From Methylocystis sp. (GTDB lineage Bacteria; Pseudomonadota; Alphaproteobacteria; Rhizobiales; Beijerinckiaceae): 24,000 nucleotides of DNA. The stretch lies in the NCBI RefSeq assembly GCF_051061285.1, contig NZ_JBPFEA010000021.1, positions 9,863-33,862 of the forward strand. Reading direction: 5' to 3'. The number at the start of each line of letters is the position of its first letter. The stretch's first letter is position 1. The notes under the pieces are model-generated. The model did no database searches, was not told the DNA's origin, and worked only from the letters and a program-made list of their open reading frames with translations. Made by a program: the position numbers and the translations under genes. This document shows positions 1 to 8,140 of the stretch, one piece after another.

Positions 1-201
1 ACGACGGGGCCATTTCGGCCGCGAAGCGAAGCCCTTCCCTCATGGGTTCCAGTCGACGACGAAAACATTCGAAGACTCTTCGATCGCCTGAAGCTTGAAT
101 CACTAATGGAAGAGTCTCGATCGGGTCAGAAATGATCCGTCTCCCCAGACCGCGTCACCTTTACTTTGTCGGTCTGGTCGGACCTCGCACTTAATCGTCC
201 C

Positions 202-894
202 TCATGCACGAGTTTGCTTGGGCGAGCAACAAAGCGCCATCAGATAGTGCGCCATCTTGGAATAGCCCGTGTGCACGACCTCGTCATTCATGCTGAAAAC
301 GAACACGTTTTCGAAATGTCGTCCAAGAGCGACATGGAGTTCGTCAGCTGTCTTACAATTGACATGCCCTTCCTTGCTTTGCGGCGAGGCAAAATTCTGC
401 GACTCCAGCGAAGGACTTCCGATTATGAGAACGCCGTGCCGGCTCAGAGATTGCGTAATATTCGACAAAAACACATCTTCGAGATCCAACGGAATATGCT
501 CGATGACATCGAGCGAGTAAGCCGCATCAAATATTTCGGCTACCGGTCCTCTCAGGATATTATGCGTCCGAAATTCGATCGGCCATCGCTTTGAGAAACG
601 CATATTGGCGTCGCCGATAAACTCCGAATCGAAGTCGATGCCGACGACCGATTCGACGGCTTGAGCGACCAGTCTCGTAGGGAAGCCGTCGCCGCATCCC
701 ACCTCGAGCACGCGCTTCGACCCCGCCAACATCTTTGCGACGAACTTATAGCGAGCCAGAGTAAAAACCAGATGGCGTGGGTCGTCGTGCCACGCCCAAC
801 TCGTCGCGAGTCCGAGCTGTTCGCGGCCCTGTGCCTTTATCAGGTTCACACGGCTGCGGTATTGCCGTTCGCCCTCTGCTTCGTCCTTGCTCAT
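202..894 (-). CDS. class I SAM-dependent methyltransferase
   Basis: 230-aa ORF. ATG at 892-894 is immediately preceded by GGAAGGAG on the coding strand. SAM motif I is VLEVGCGDGFPT, with post-I VVGIDFD. Local GC is only ~50%. Antisense ORFs 166-594 and 269-520 have no motifs. Confidence 0.85.
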   Translation of the reverse strand: MSKDEAEGERQYRSRVNLIKAQGREQLGLATSWAWHDDPRHLVFTLARYKFVAKMLAGSKRVLEVGCGDGFPTRLVAQAVESVVGIDFDSEFIGDANMRFSKRWPIEFRTHNILRGPVAEIFDAAYSLDVIEHIPLDLEDVFLSNITQSLSRHGVLIIGSPSLESQNFASPQSKEGHVNCKTADELHVALGRHFENVFVFSMNDEVVHTGYSKMAHYLMALCCSPKQTRA

Positions 895-1133
895 AAAACT
901 CCTTCCATTAGAGTCCTTGAAATTTGCTAATTAAGAAGGAACCGTCTTCGTCGTAACCACTAACCGACGAACCTTCCGGTCACGCATCATCCGCGCCAAC
1001 GACGTTCGTCTCGACGTTCAGGCCGACCGTGGATTTTTATTTGCGCCGAAAGCCGATGTCTATCTTTTTCTCTTGATTGCAAAAGGCATTTACCTATAAC
1101 GACCACAGATTTTTCGATATCGCGGGAAGGGCC
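895..1133. promoter_or_regulatory. divergent intergenic/promoter region between two methyltransferase genes
   Basis: ~240 nt non-coding, AT-richer spacer between divergently oriented genes. It contains an imperfect hairpin (ggaa..ttcgtcg 938-953 / cgacgaa..ttcc 965-977) and an 8-nt direct repeat cgacgttc at 1000-1007 and 1012-1019. No -35/-10 pair could be assigned confidently. Confidence 0.35.
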
Positions 1134-1919
1134 ATGGTTTCAAATCGGAAGTTCACTAGACAGGACATCCGCAATCTTTACGCCAGCGAAGCTGAAAAAC
1201 ACGGCGTCGGAGGCGCCAGCACAATTCAGGATATGCGAACGAGGCTCTTTGAGATCGAAGCAATCGCATCATATCTTCGTGACGACATCCGCGTTCTAGA
1301 GATTGGCTGCGGCAACGGCTATCTGGCAACCCGGATGATCGAGAAATTCTCGATTTTCCTCGAAGGCTTCGATTTTTCGGAAGAGCTGATAAGTGTCGCG
1401 AAGTCGCAGACCCCATCTCACCCCCGCGGAAGCGCGTCGTTCGAGGTGGGGGACGTCTTGACTTACGACAAGAAGGATACGTTCGACCTCGCCTATTCGG
1501 TGCGCTGTATTCAAAACCTGCAAACCTTCGATGATCAAAAGATAGCTCTCCGTAATATTGCTGCCTCGCTCAAGGTCGGGGGCGAATATATTATGGACGA
1601 ATGTTTTTGGACCGGCCTTAACAACCTGAACGAGGCGAGAGCGGAACTCGAACTGGCTCCTATCGCAGAATCATGGCACAATACGTTTTTCCACGAAGCC
1701 GAAACCATAGAGTACATGAAATCGCTCGGCTGTGCGTATGTCGAACAGAATGCTTTCCTCAGCGGCTACTATTTCGGATCACGAATACTGCTGCCCGCGC
1801 TGTCCGCCAGAAACAAGAAGATTTCGTCGAGCAGTCGTCTGAACGACTATTTTGTAGCCTTGCCGCCGGCCGGCGATTTTTGTCCGATGAAGGTGATTCG
1901 CTTCAGACGCGAGCGTTGA
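1134..1919 (+). CDS. class I SAM-dependent methyltransferase
   Basis: SAM motif I is VLEIGCGNGYLA, with post-I EGFDFS. The ORF track starts at TTG 1077 with no RBS. The first ATG is 1134, with GGGAAGGG just upstream, so the start is uncertain by 57 nt. Stop is TGA at 1917-1919. Low GC (~45-50%). Confidence 0.8.
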   Translation: MVSNRKFTRQDIRNLYASEAEKHGVGGASTIQDMRTRLFEIEAIASYLRDDIRVLEIGCGNGYLATRMIEKFSIFLEGFDFSEELISVAKSQTPSHPRGSASFEVGDVLTYDKKDTFDLAYSVRCIQNLQTFDDQKIALRNIAASLKVGGEYIMDECFWTGLNNLNEARAELELAPIAESWHNTFFHEAETIEYMKSLGCAYVEQNAFLSGYYFGSRILLPALSARNKKISSSSRLNDYFVALPPAGDFCPMKVIRFRRER

Positions 1920-1963
1920 CTGTAAACCGCGTTACTTTCCGCACGGCGCAACCAGTCATCGAC

Positions 1964-2446
1964 TCAGCCCATTCGATCTGCATGCCTCGCGCGCGTCAGA
2001 TGCATCCAGAGCGCAAATGCGTCGTATGGCGTCACTCGTTCCCTCGCAAGCAGGTCGGGGCCTTCGAACGCGCGCATCGCGCGCCCCTCTCCGAGGACAA
2101 GCTTCTCCATCTGTGCGGCCGCGAGCGGCGTCTCGAAGAAATGGCGCTCGACAGGGCCGCCGCCTAATGCGGTAAAATCGAGCGTGATCGTCGTAAACCA
2201 GACCATGGTCTGGGCGTCGTATCCAAGTTCTTCCCGCAGTTCGCGCCGCAACGCCGCCTCGGCCCCTTCGCCGGGTTCGACGCCGCCGCCGAACAGGCCC
2301 CAATGGCCCGGGAAAAAAATGCCGGGCTTCTCATCCCTAAGCTGCATGAGATAGCGACCGTCGTCGAGGACAAGCAGCGCAACCGCCGCATCGCCCGGCG
2401 TCAGCGGTCCCTCGTTGAGGAAATAGTCTGGGACGCGGTCACTCAC
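1964..2446 (-). CDS. Nudix hydrolase (candidate NDP-sugar pyrophosphatase)
   Basis: Complete Nudix box GGGVEPGEGAEAALRRELREELGY (GX5EX7REUXEEXGU). GTG start at 2444-2446 overlaps the upstream stop by 8 nt (GTGAGTGA). It is the last gene of the minus-strand operon. Confidence 0.85.
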   Translation of the reverse strand: MSDRVPDYFLNEGPLTPGDAAVALLVLDDGRYLMQLRDEKPGIFFPGHWGLFGGGVEPGEGAEAALRRELREELGYDAQTMVWFTTITLDFTALGGGPVERHFFETPLAAAQMEKLVLGEGRAMRAFEGPDLLARERVTPYDAFALWMHLTRARHADRMG

Positions 2447-3359
2447 TGAGAATTCGCCGCGTCATATCCTCGACCGAAAGCCCGTGCGCGTCGAGGATGT
2501 CGTCATGGCTTCCGTAGCAGTGAATGAACTCATCCTTAAGCGTGAACGAAAAGAGCCTTGTTCGCGCGCCGATATCGAAGGCGATTGCTTTGACTTGCAT
2601 TGCGAGACCGCCGGTTGGCGCGCATTCCTCGATAACGACGACAGAGGGAAATTGCGTCAGCACGTCGGCGACTCCGCTGACGTCGAGCGGCTTCAATGTG
2701 TGAACCGAATTGATCGCCACGCTGTGGCCGGCCGCCTCGAGCCGCTCGGCCACGGCCCACGCGCGTTTCATGATCGGACCGTATGTAAGAATGCAAACGT
2801 CCGCGCCCGGGCGAATTTGTCGCAGCTTGCCGAAGGTCCAGGGTTGTGGCGCGTTGCTGGTGAAGTCCGGCTCACCCGCCTTGCCGAGGCGCAGATAGAC
2901 CGGCCCATGCTCCTGCGTGGCGCACCAACGCGTCGCCGCTTCGGTTTCCGCCGGGTCGCAAGGCGCGATAACTGTGAGGTTAGGAATCGCGCAGGCGATC
3001 GCTACATCTTCCTGCGCGTGATGCGTCGCGCCGAGCGTCGAATAGGTGAGGCCGCCGCCGATGCCGACCACGGTGACGCATAGATTTTGGTAGCACAGAT
3101 CGTCTCGCACCATTTCAAATGGGCGGTAGAGCGAGAAGGTCGCAATCGTGTAGGCGAAGGGCCGCAGACCACGCTGCGCCATCCCGGCGGTCATGCCGAT
3201 CATGATCTGCTCGGCGACTCCGGTATTCACGAAGCGCTGCGGAAATTTCGTGCGAAACTTCTCGATGCTGCCGGCAGGAGATATGTCCGCTACGACAAGG
3301 CACAGGCGCTCGTCCTCCCTGCCCAATTCATAGAATGTATCCGCAAATCTATTCCTCAT
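2439..3359 (-). CDS. transketolase, C-terminal (pyrimidine-binding + C-terminal domain) subunit
   Basis: FVNTGVAEQIMIGMTAGMAQRG, HHAQEDVAI and SVHTLKPLD are typical of split-transketolase C subunits. Start reset from 3476 to ATG 3357-3359, which forms an ATGA overlap with the upstream stop at 3356. The 306-aa length fits the family. Confidence 0.9.
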   Translation of the reverse strand: MRNRFADTFYELGREDERLCLVVADISPAGSIEKFRTKFPQRFVNTGVAEQIMIGMTAGMAQRGLRPFAYTIATFSLYRPFEMVRDDLCYQNLCVTVVGIGGGLTYSTLGATHHAQEDVAIACAIPNLTVIAPCDPAETEAATRWCATQEHGPVYLRLGKAGEPDFTSNAPQPWTFGKLRQIRPGADVCILTYGPIMKRAWAVAERLEAAGHSVAINSVHTLKPLDVSGVADVLTQFPSVVVIEECAPTGGLAMQVKAIAFDIGARTRLFSFTLKDEFIHCYGSHDDILDAHGLSVEDMTRRILSE

Positions 3360-4222
3360 GGGGCGTTCTCGATCTCGTTCAACGCCTGCGCATATTCCTC
3401 CGAATTGGGCGAACGGTAATGCCAGATCGGAACGCTCTCCATGAATGAAACGCCTTTGCCCTTCGTCGTGCGACAAACGATCAACTTCGGGCGAGGGGTC
3501 GCGTCATTCGAACAGTCGTTGTCGAGCGCCGCGAAAATCTCCGCGCTGTCATGTCCAGCGACTTCAGCCGTGCTAAATCCAAAAGCGCGCGCTTTGTCGA
3601 GTAGGGGGTAAAAGGCCTTGTGACCCTCGCTTATGCGTTCGAGGCCAGAAAAATCATTGTTGTCCATCAGCGCGACAAGATTGGAAAGACCGAGATTTGC
3701 GGCGGCCATCATCGCCTCCCAGGTCGAGCCCTCCTGAAATTCGCCATCCGATAGGACGCAATAGACCCGCGCGTCGCTCCCCTTCAGCTTCTCAGCGAAC
3801 GCCTGTCCGACCGCGATTCCCAACCCATGTCCCAACGATCCGGTCGAAGCCGCAATTCCCGGCGTGCCGTAATCGGGATGCGCGCCGAGCCGCCCGCCGG
3901 GCTTGCAATAGGCGTCGAGGTCTGCGCGCGACAATATGCCTTGCTCCTCGAGCACGACATATTGGATCATGCAGCCGTGACCTTTGGACATCAGAAAGAT
4001 GTCGCAATACTCACCGTTCGCGTCCCGACGCATCGCGCCATTATACAGCGAGTCGACGATCTCGACGCAGGAAAAAGCCGGCGCTACATGCAGCGCGGAA
4101 ACTTGTCGCGAGATTTCCAGAATGCGCCGGCGGTAGCGGCGGCAGCGTTCCTTTGCCGCAGCGGCGTCGAAATTGTTGCGCCGTCGCTCGTCGCGCTGAC
4201 ATAGCATGAGTCCGTTGGTCAT
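3356..4222 (-). CDS. transketolase, N-terminal (thiamine-diphosphate-binding) subunit
   Basis: Motifs SKGHG and GSLGHGLGIAVG, plus the ThDP/Mg motif SDGEFQEGSTWEA...LVALMDNND. ATG at 4220-4222, with an alternative ATG at 4205-4207. Confidence 0.9.
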   Translation of the reverse strand: MTNGLMLCQRDERRRNNFDAAAAKERCRRYRRRILEISRQVSALHVAPAFSCVEIVDSLYNGAMRRDANGEYCDIFLMSKGHGCMIQYVVLEEQGILSRADLDAYCKPGGRLGAHPDYGTPGIAASTGSLGHGLGIAVGQAFAEKLKGSDARVYCVLSDGEFQEGSTWEAMMAAANLGLSNLVALMDNNDFSGLERISEGHKAFYPLLDKARAFGFSTAEVAGHDSAEIFAALDNDCSNDATPRPKLIVCRTTKGKGVSFMESVPIWHYRSPNSEEYAQALNEIENAP

Positions 4223-4252
4223 TTCACATTCCGCCCAACTCGTTGCGGTCGA

Positions 4253-5248
4253 TCATGCCCGCAAAGTGTAATCGCGAGGCGCGCGTTTCAAAGCGGGAAG
4301 ATTCGCACGCGCCCAGTCGACCATTTCCGACAAGCCCTCCGCCCAGTCAATGCGGGGCTCCCAACCCACGTCGCGCTTGATTGCTGAAGAGTCGAGCCAG
4401 TAGCGGGAGTCCTGCCCGAGTCGATCGCCGCTGACCTCGCACAATTGTTCGAACGGAACGCCGACAGCCTCCGCGCAAAGCTCGACGACGCGCCGAATCG
4501 AAGTTGGCTCGCTCGGACCCACGTTATAGACGGCGCCGAGCGGCGCGCCTTCCGCAACGAGATGGATCGCCCGGCCGAGATCTCGCGCATGAATATAGGA
4601 CTTTTCCGCCTTGCCGCCGCCATGCAAGGGCAGTTTCTCGCCGAGCAGCCCCGAGACGATCGCCTTGGGCACGACGCGATGCAAAAGCTGCCCGGGGCAA
4701 TAGGCGTTGGACGGCCTCAAAATATTCATCGGGAACTTGAGGAATCGGGATATCGACAGAAGATGCATGTCGAAAGCGACCTTGGAGGCGGCGTAAGGGC
4801 TCGACGGCTTGATCGGCTCGTCCTCCGTCACGGGGCGATCGACGGACCCGTACATTTCAGACGTCCCGATCTGAATGAAACGCTCCAACCAATCGCGCTT
4901 CATCAACTCTTCCGTAAGGCGCGCCAACGCCATCGAATTGGTCTCGAAGAACCGCCAGGAGTGCTTCCAGGAGACGGCGCCCTCTCCCTGCGCGGCGAAA
5001 TTGACAATGATCTCCGGCTTTTCGCGATCGAGCAGTTCGAGCAGCAGATCGATTTCGTAGGTCACGTGACGAGCGTGATATTCGTAACCTTCGCGCTGAT
5101 CGATATCCAGCGAGAACGCGCGCTCGCGCAGCGGATTGCGACCAATGCCGATCACTTTTCGCGGGTTCGCGTGATCGAGCAGCCAGAGCGCGGCGTGAAT
5201 GCCGAAGCTGCCTCCGCCGCCAAGGATTGCATAGGTCTTATTCGACAT
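4253..5248 (-). CDS. extended-SDR NDP-sugar dehydratase/epimerase (RmlB-like)
   Basis: N-terminal Rossmann motif AILGGGGSFG, then GTSEMYG and the YAASK (YxxxK) catalytic pair, and GGGKAEKSYIHARD. ATG at 5246-5248 has a GAAGG RBS upstream. Confidence 0.85.
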   Translation of the reverse strand: MSNKTYAILGGGGSFGIHAALWLLDHANPRKVIGIGRNPLRERAFSLDIDQREGYEYHARHVTYEIDLLLELLDREKPEIIVNFAAQGEGAVSWKHSWRFFETNSMALARLTEELMKRDWLERFIQIGTSEMYGSVDRPVTEDEPIKPSSPYAASKVAFDMHLLSISRFLKFPMNILRPSNAYCPGQLLHRVVPKAIVSGLLGEKLPLHGGGKAEKSYIHARDLGRAIHLVAEGAPLGAVYNVGPSEPTSIRRVVELCAEAVGVPFEQLCEVSGDRLGQDSRYWLDSSAIKRDVGWEPRIDWAEGLSEMVDWARANLPALKRAPRDYTLRA

Positions 5249-5281
5249 GTGTTCGCCTTCGCTTCTTCAGGGAGCGTCACG

Positions 5282-5938
5282 TCACTCGACGATCGTCCAA
5301 TAATAGTCGCCCGTATAGCCGGCTTCGGCAAAGACTTCGATCCAGCCCTGCGGGTAATCGTGGAATTTCGCCGTCAGCACCCAACTTTCGAAAAGACTCT
5401 TTTGCTCGGGCGTACGATACGAATCGACCTGCACGAATGAGCTTTGGCGAGACACGCGCTCGATCTCTCGCAAGGCCCTCAATGCGCCGGCGCGGTCGAA
5501 ATTGTGAATCGTGTTGATGCTCACGACGCAATCGAAGCTCTTGTCGGGGAATGGCAGGGCGTCGGCGGAGCCGAGGTGCAGACGGCCCACGACCTCCGGT
5601 TCGCAGTGCATGAGGGCATAACGCGATATGTCGAGACCGAAGGCCTCCAGCCCCGGCTCCGCCAGCATCAAGTCTTTGACAAGAAAGCCCTTGGCGCATC
5701 CGACATCGAGAATTCGCGCGCCCGCCGCGAGACCGAAATGAGCGATGATATCCTTCGCGACCGGTCGCCAGCGCCCGTCGTAGCGATAGCCGCCATAGCC
5801 ATATTCTCGCGGCCCGTCGAAATAAAGCTCCCCATATTCTCGCGAAAGCGCAATGGTCTCGGGCGTCTTCGCTTCGCCGCGCTGCGTGACGTTGCGCCGG
5901 GATTTCGGCAGCGCGCGCAACAGATCGACTTCCGCCAT
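5282..5938 (-). CDS. class I SAM-dependent methyltransferase
   Basis: SAM motif I is ILDVGCAKGFLV, with post-I AFGLDIS. 218 aa. ATG at 5936-5938 lies 4 nt downstream of the upstream gene's stop. Confidence 0.85.
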   Translation of the reverse strand: MAEVDLLRALPKSRRNVTQRGEAKTPETIALSREYGELYFDGPREYGYGGYRYDGRWRPVAKDIIAHFGLAAGARILDVGCAKGFLVKDLMLAEPGLEAFGLDISRYALMHCEPEVVGRLHLGSADALPFPDKSFDCVVSINTIHNFDRAGALRALREIERVSRQSSFVQVDSYRTPEQKSLFESWVLTAKFHDYPQGWIEVFAEAGYTGDYYWTIVE

Positions 5939-5942
5939 GGCC

Positions 5943-6824
5943 TTATCGCTCCGCGAGAATTTGTAGCTTCGCGACGGTCGCTATGGTCGGCGCGTAGGCA
6001 AAATCAGGGAATGCGGCGCGCGTCGCTTCGATGTCAAACGGACGATAGCCGTTATGCGGCATAGGTCCAACGCGCGGCGTCTCTTCGACCGCTACTTTAC
6101 GCCGCGAGGCGCCGGCTACCGCTTCCGCTAGCGCGCGGAACGAATGCGCCTCTCCGGTCGCTACATTAAGCACGCCGATCGAGCGCCGCATCAATATCCG
6201 GAAAAGGATCTCGGCGAGATCGTCAATCCAAACATGGTCGCGTCGCTCCTCGCCCGCGCCGAAAACCGCGATATTCTCACCGGCCGCCGCTAAGCGACGA
6301 AAGCGATTGGGGCCATAGCCGTTGTGCGGATCCTCAAGACCATAGAGAAGGGTCGGACGCACGATCGTCAACGGCGCCGAGATATCCGAGCGAAATGCGA
6401 TTTCCCGAACAAGGTGCATGGCGCCGTGCAGCGTTCCAGGCGCCGTGGGCGTCTCTTCGTCAATCGGAACCGGCACGTCGGCGTAGACGGCGTCCGAGCT
6501 GATGTTGATCACATGCGATGGAGCCGCATCCTTTAACGCCGCGACCATCGCGCGCGTCATTTTGACATTCTCGATAAGCATGTCGAGAGAGCGGCAAGGC
6601 GCGCGCGCCGCGGCCGCCACGACCGCATCGCCCGGCTGCAAAATCGCGCGCAATTGCTTCTCGGCGCCGTCGGCAAGCAGATCGATCTGCTGGCGGGCGA
6701 TCGCCACTACGGGAATTTGCGCGCGCGCGATGCGGCGACAGAGCGCGCCGCCGACAAATCCACTCCCACCGATGACAACAACGCGAGCGGGAGCCATCGG
6801 AGCGGGAGCGAGATGACGTAGCAT
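5943..6824 (-). CDS. atypical SDR-fold NDP-sugar reductase/epimerase-like protein (catalytic YxxxK replaced by HxxxH)
   Basis: Rossmann motif VVVIGGSGFVGGAL, then ISSDAVY. The 293-aa length is RmlD/epimerase-like. The position where the other three SDRs in this operon have YxxxK reads HGAMH (codons 6414-6428). ATG at 6822-6824 shares one base with the upstream TAA (TAATG). Alternative ATG at 6795-6797. Confidence 0.8.
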   Translation of the reverse strand: MLRHLAPAPMAPARVVVIGGSGFVGGALCRRIARAQIPVVAIARQQIDLLADGAEKQLRAILQPGDAVVAAAARAPCRSLDMLIENVKMTRAMVAALKDAAPSHVINISSDAVYADVPVPIDEETPTAPGTLHGAMHLVREIAFRSDISAPLTIVRPTLLYGLEDPHNGYGPNRFRRLAAAGENIAVFGAGEERRDHVWIDDLAEILFRILMRRSIGVLNVATGEAHSFRALAEAVAGASRRKVAVEETPRVGPMPHNGYRPFDIEATRAAFPDFAYAPTIATVAKLQILAER

Positions 6825-8140
6825 TAGACGATTCCCGCGCTCGAGTTATGGCGAGACCCGAGCGTGTAGTAATCGAGGCCGGCCGCCGCGGCGGCGCGTG
6901 GATCGAGTAGGCGATAGGGATCAATGACAATGCGACCCCGCATCGTCCGAGCTATTTCCTCAACGCCAACTCGACGATAAGCGGGCCAGGGCGTCAAGAT
7001 CATCAAGGCGTCGGCGCCTTCTAGCGCCGCGAGCGGCGAGTCGACGCCCGTCAATCGCGCATGAGAAATTGCGCTTGCTTGCACCACAGGATCATGCGCG
7101 ACGAATCGCGTTTCTGGCAGACCCGTGATCGTTGCGACGGACGGCGAATTCTTAATTGAATGCGTATTCTCCTTGTAGGCGAGGCCCCAAACCGCGATCG
7201 TCGCCTCGGGCTTTTCACGAAGCAGAGCGGTCGAGATCGTGCGACGCGCCCAATCGCGGCGGCGCCGGCTGTTATCGATCCATGCGCGCACGACGCCCGC
7301 GTCCGTTTCGAAACGCTCGGACAATGCAACGACCGTCGCAAGATCACGTTCGAGATTCCCGCCTGCGATCCCCAATCCCGGCGAGAGATAGGCGCTTGGG
7401 CCGATGCGGGCGTCGAGCTTCAACGCGGGAACGATCTCGGACCACTCGGCCCCTATATTTTCACAAAGTTCCGCCAGCGTGTTGGCGACGCTGATCGAAG
7501 ACACCAAGCAGCAGTTGATCGCGATCTTGCAGAGTTCGGCGCTCTCGTAGCTCATCGGGATCAACGGACATCCGAATGCGGAGAGCAACGCCTTGTAGCG
7601 CGGCTCCAGCGGCGCATCGGAATCCGCGCATCCGATAATCGTTCGCTCCGGATGCAGCGCGCGCGCCATGGCGCGGCCAAACACGAGCGTTTCGACCTGA
7701 TAGTAAAGCCGCTCCGGCGGAACTGCGCGCACGCCCCGCGTAAAACCCGGCGGCACCTGACAAAGAATGACGAGAATCCCATCGGGCCGTAGCGCCTTCG
7801 CCACCGCCTCGATAATGGCGACGATCGGGCTAAGATCGCTTTGGCCCCTATCGTCGGTCGGCACGTCGTATGAAATATAGACGATGTCGCATTCCGCGAG
7901 CCGCGAAAGATCGTTGGTGAAGGCTTGCCGAGCGCCATTGGCGCGCAGGAGCTCATCCAGATCCGGTTCGTCGATCGGAGGCTGGCCCGCCGAAAGCCGC
8001 CCGATTAGTTGCGAATCGGAATCATAGCCGATCGTCTTAAAGCCTTTCGCCGCGACGGAGGTCGCGGAGACGATTCCAAGGTGGGTCATGCCGGCGAAGC
8101 CGACGATAATATCCGAAGCGTGCTTGATTGCGGAAGTCAT
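6824..8140 (-). CDS. UDP-glucose/GDP-mannose dehydrogenase-family protein, catalytic Cys position = Asn
   Basis: N-terminal Rossmann VGFAGMTHLG, central domain LDARIGPSAYLSPGLGIAGGNLERD, C-terminal domain VWGLAYKENTHSIKNSP. Start reset from 8386 to ATG 8138-8140 (ATGA overlap with the upstream stop). 438 aa. Confidence 0.85.
   Translation of the reverse strand: MTSAIKHASDIIVGFAGMTHLGIVSATSVAAKGFKTIGYDSDSQLIGRLSAGQPPIDEPDLDELLRANGARQAFTNDLSRLAECDIVYISYDVPTDDRGQSDLSPIVAIIEAVAKALRPDGILVILCQVPPGFTRGVRAVPPERLYYQVETLVFGRAMARALHPERTIIGCADSDAPLEPRYKALLSAFGCPLIPMSYESAELCKIAINCCLVSSISVANTLAELCENIGAEWSEIVPALKLDARIGPSAYLSPGLGIAGGNLERDLATVVALSERFETDAGVVRAWIDNSRRRRDWARRTISTALLREKPEATIAVWGLAYKENTHSIKNSPSVATITGLPETRFVAHDPVVQASAISHARLTGVDSPLAALEGADALMILTPWPAYRRVGVEEIARTMRGRIVIDPYRLLDPRAAAAAGLDYYTLGSRHNSSAGIV

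Noticed and set aside
1-135. Window-edge coding potential: a plus-strand frame-1 tail (...WVPVDDENIRRLFDRLKLESLMEESRSGQK, stop 133-135) versus a minus-strand ATG at 41-43 reading out of the window (MREGLRFAAEMAPS...)
   Set aside because: Both are too short to distinguish, no motif is recognisable, and composition does not discriminate. I left this unannotated rather than guess.
1920-1963. Expected bidirectional terminator between the convergent methyltransferase (stop 1919) and Nudix (stop 1964) genes. The junctions at 18662-18717 and 19765-19938 were examined for the same reason.
   Set aside because: Only short (4-5 bp) stems without adjacent T/A runs were found by eye. None meets intrinsic-terminator criteria, so no terminator features are reported.
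4445-5440. 331-aa plus-strand ORF spanning the dehydratase and methyltransferase genes
   Set aside because: It is antisense to two well-supported minus-strand genes and crosses their intergenic gap. The composition is Arg/Leu/Ala-rich and no domain signature is present. It is a shadow ORF.
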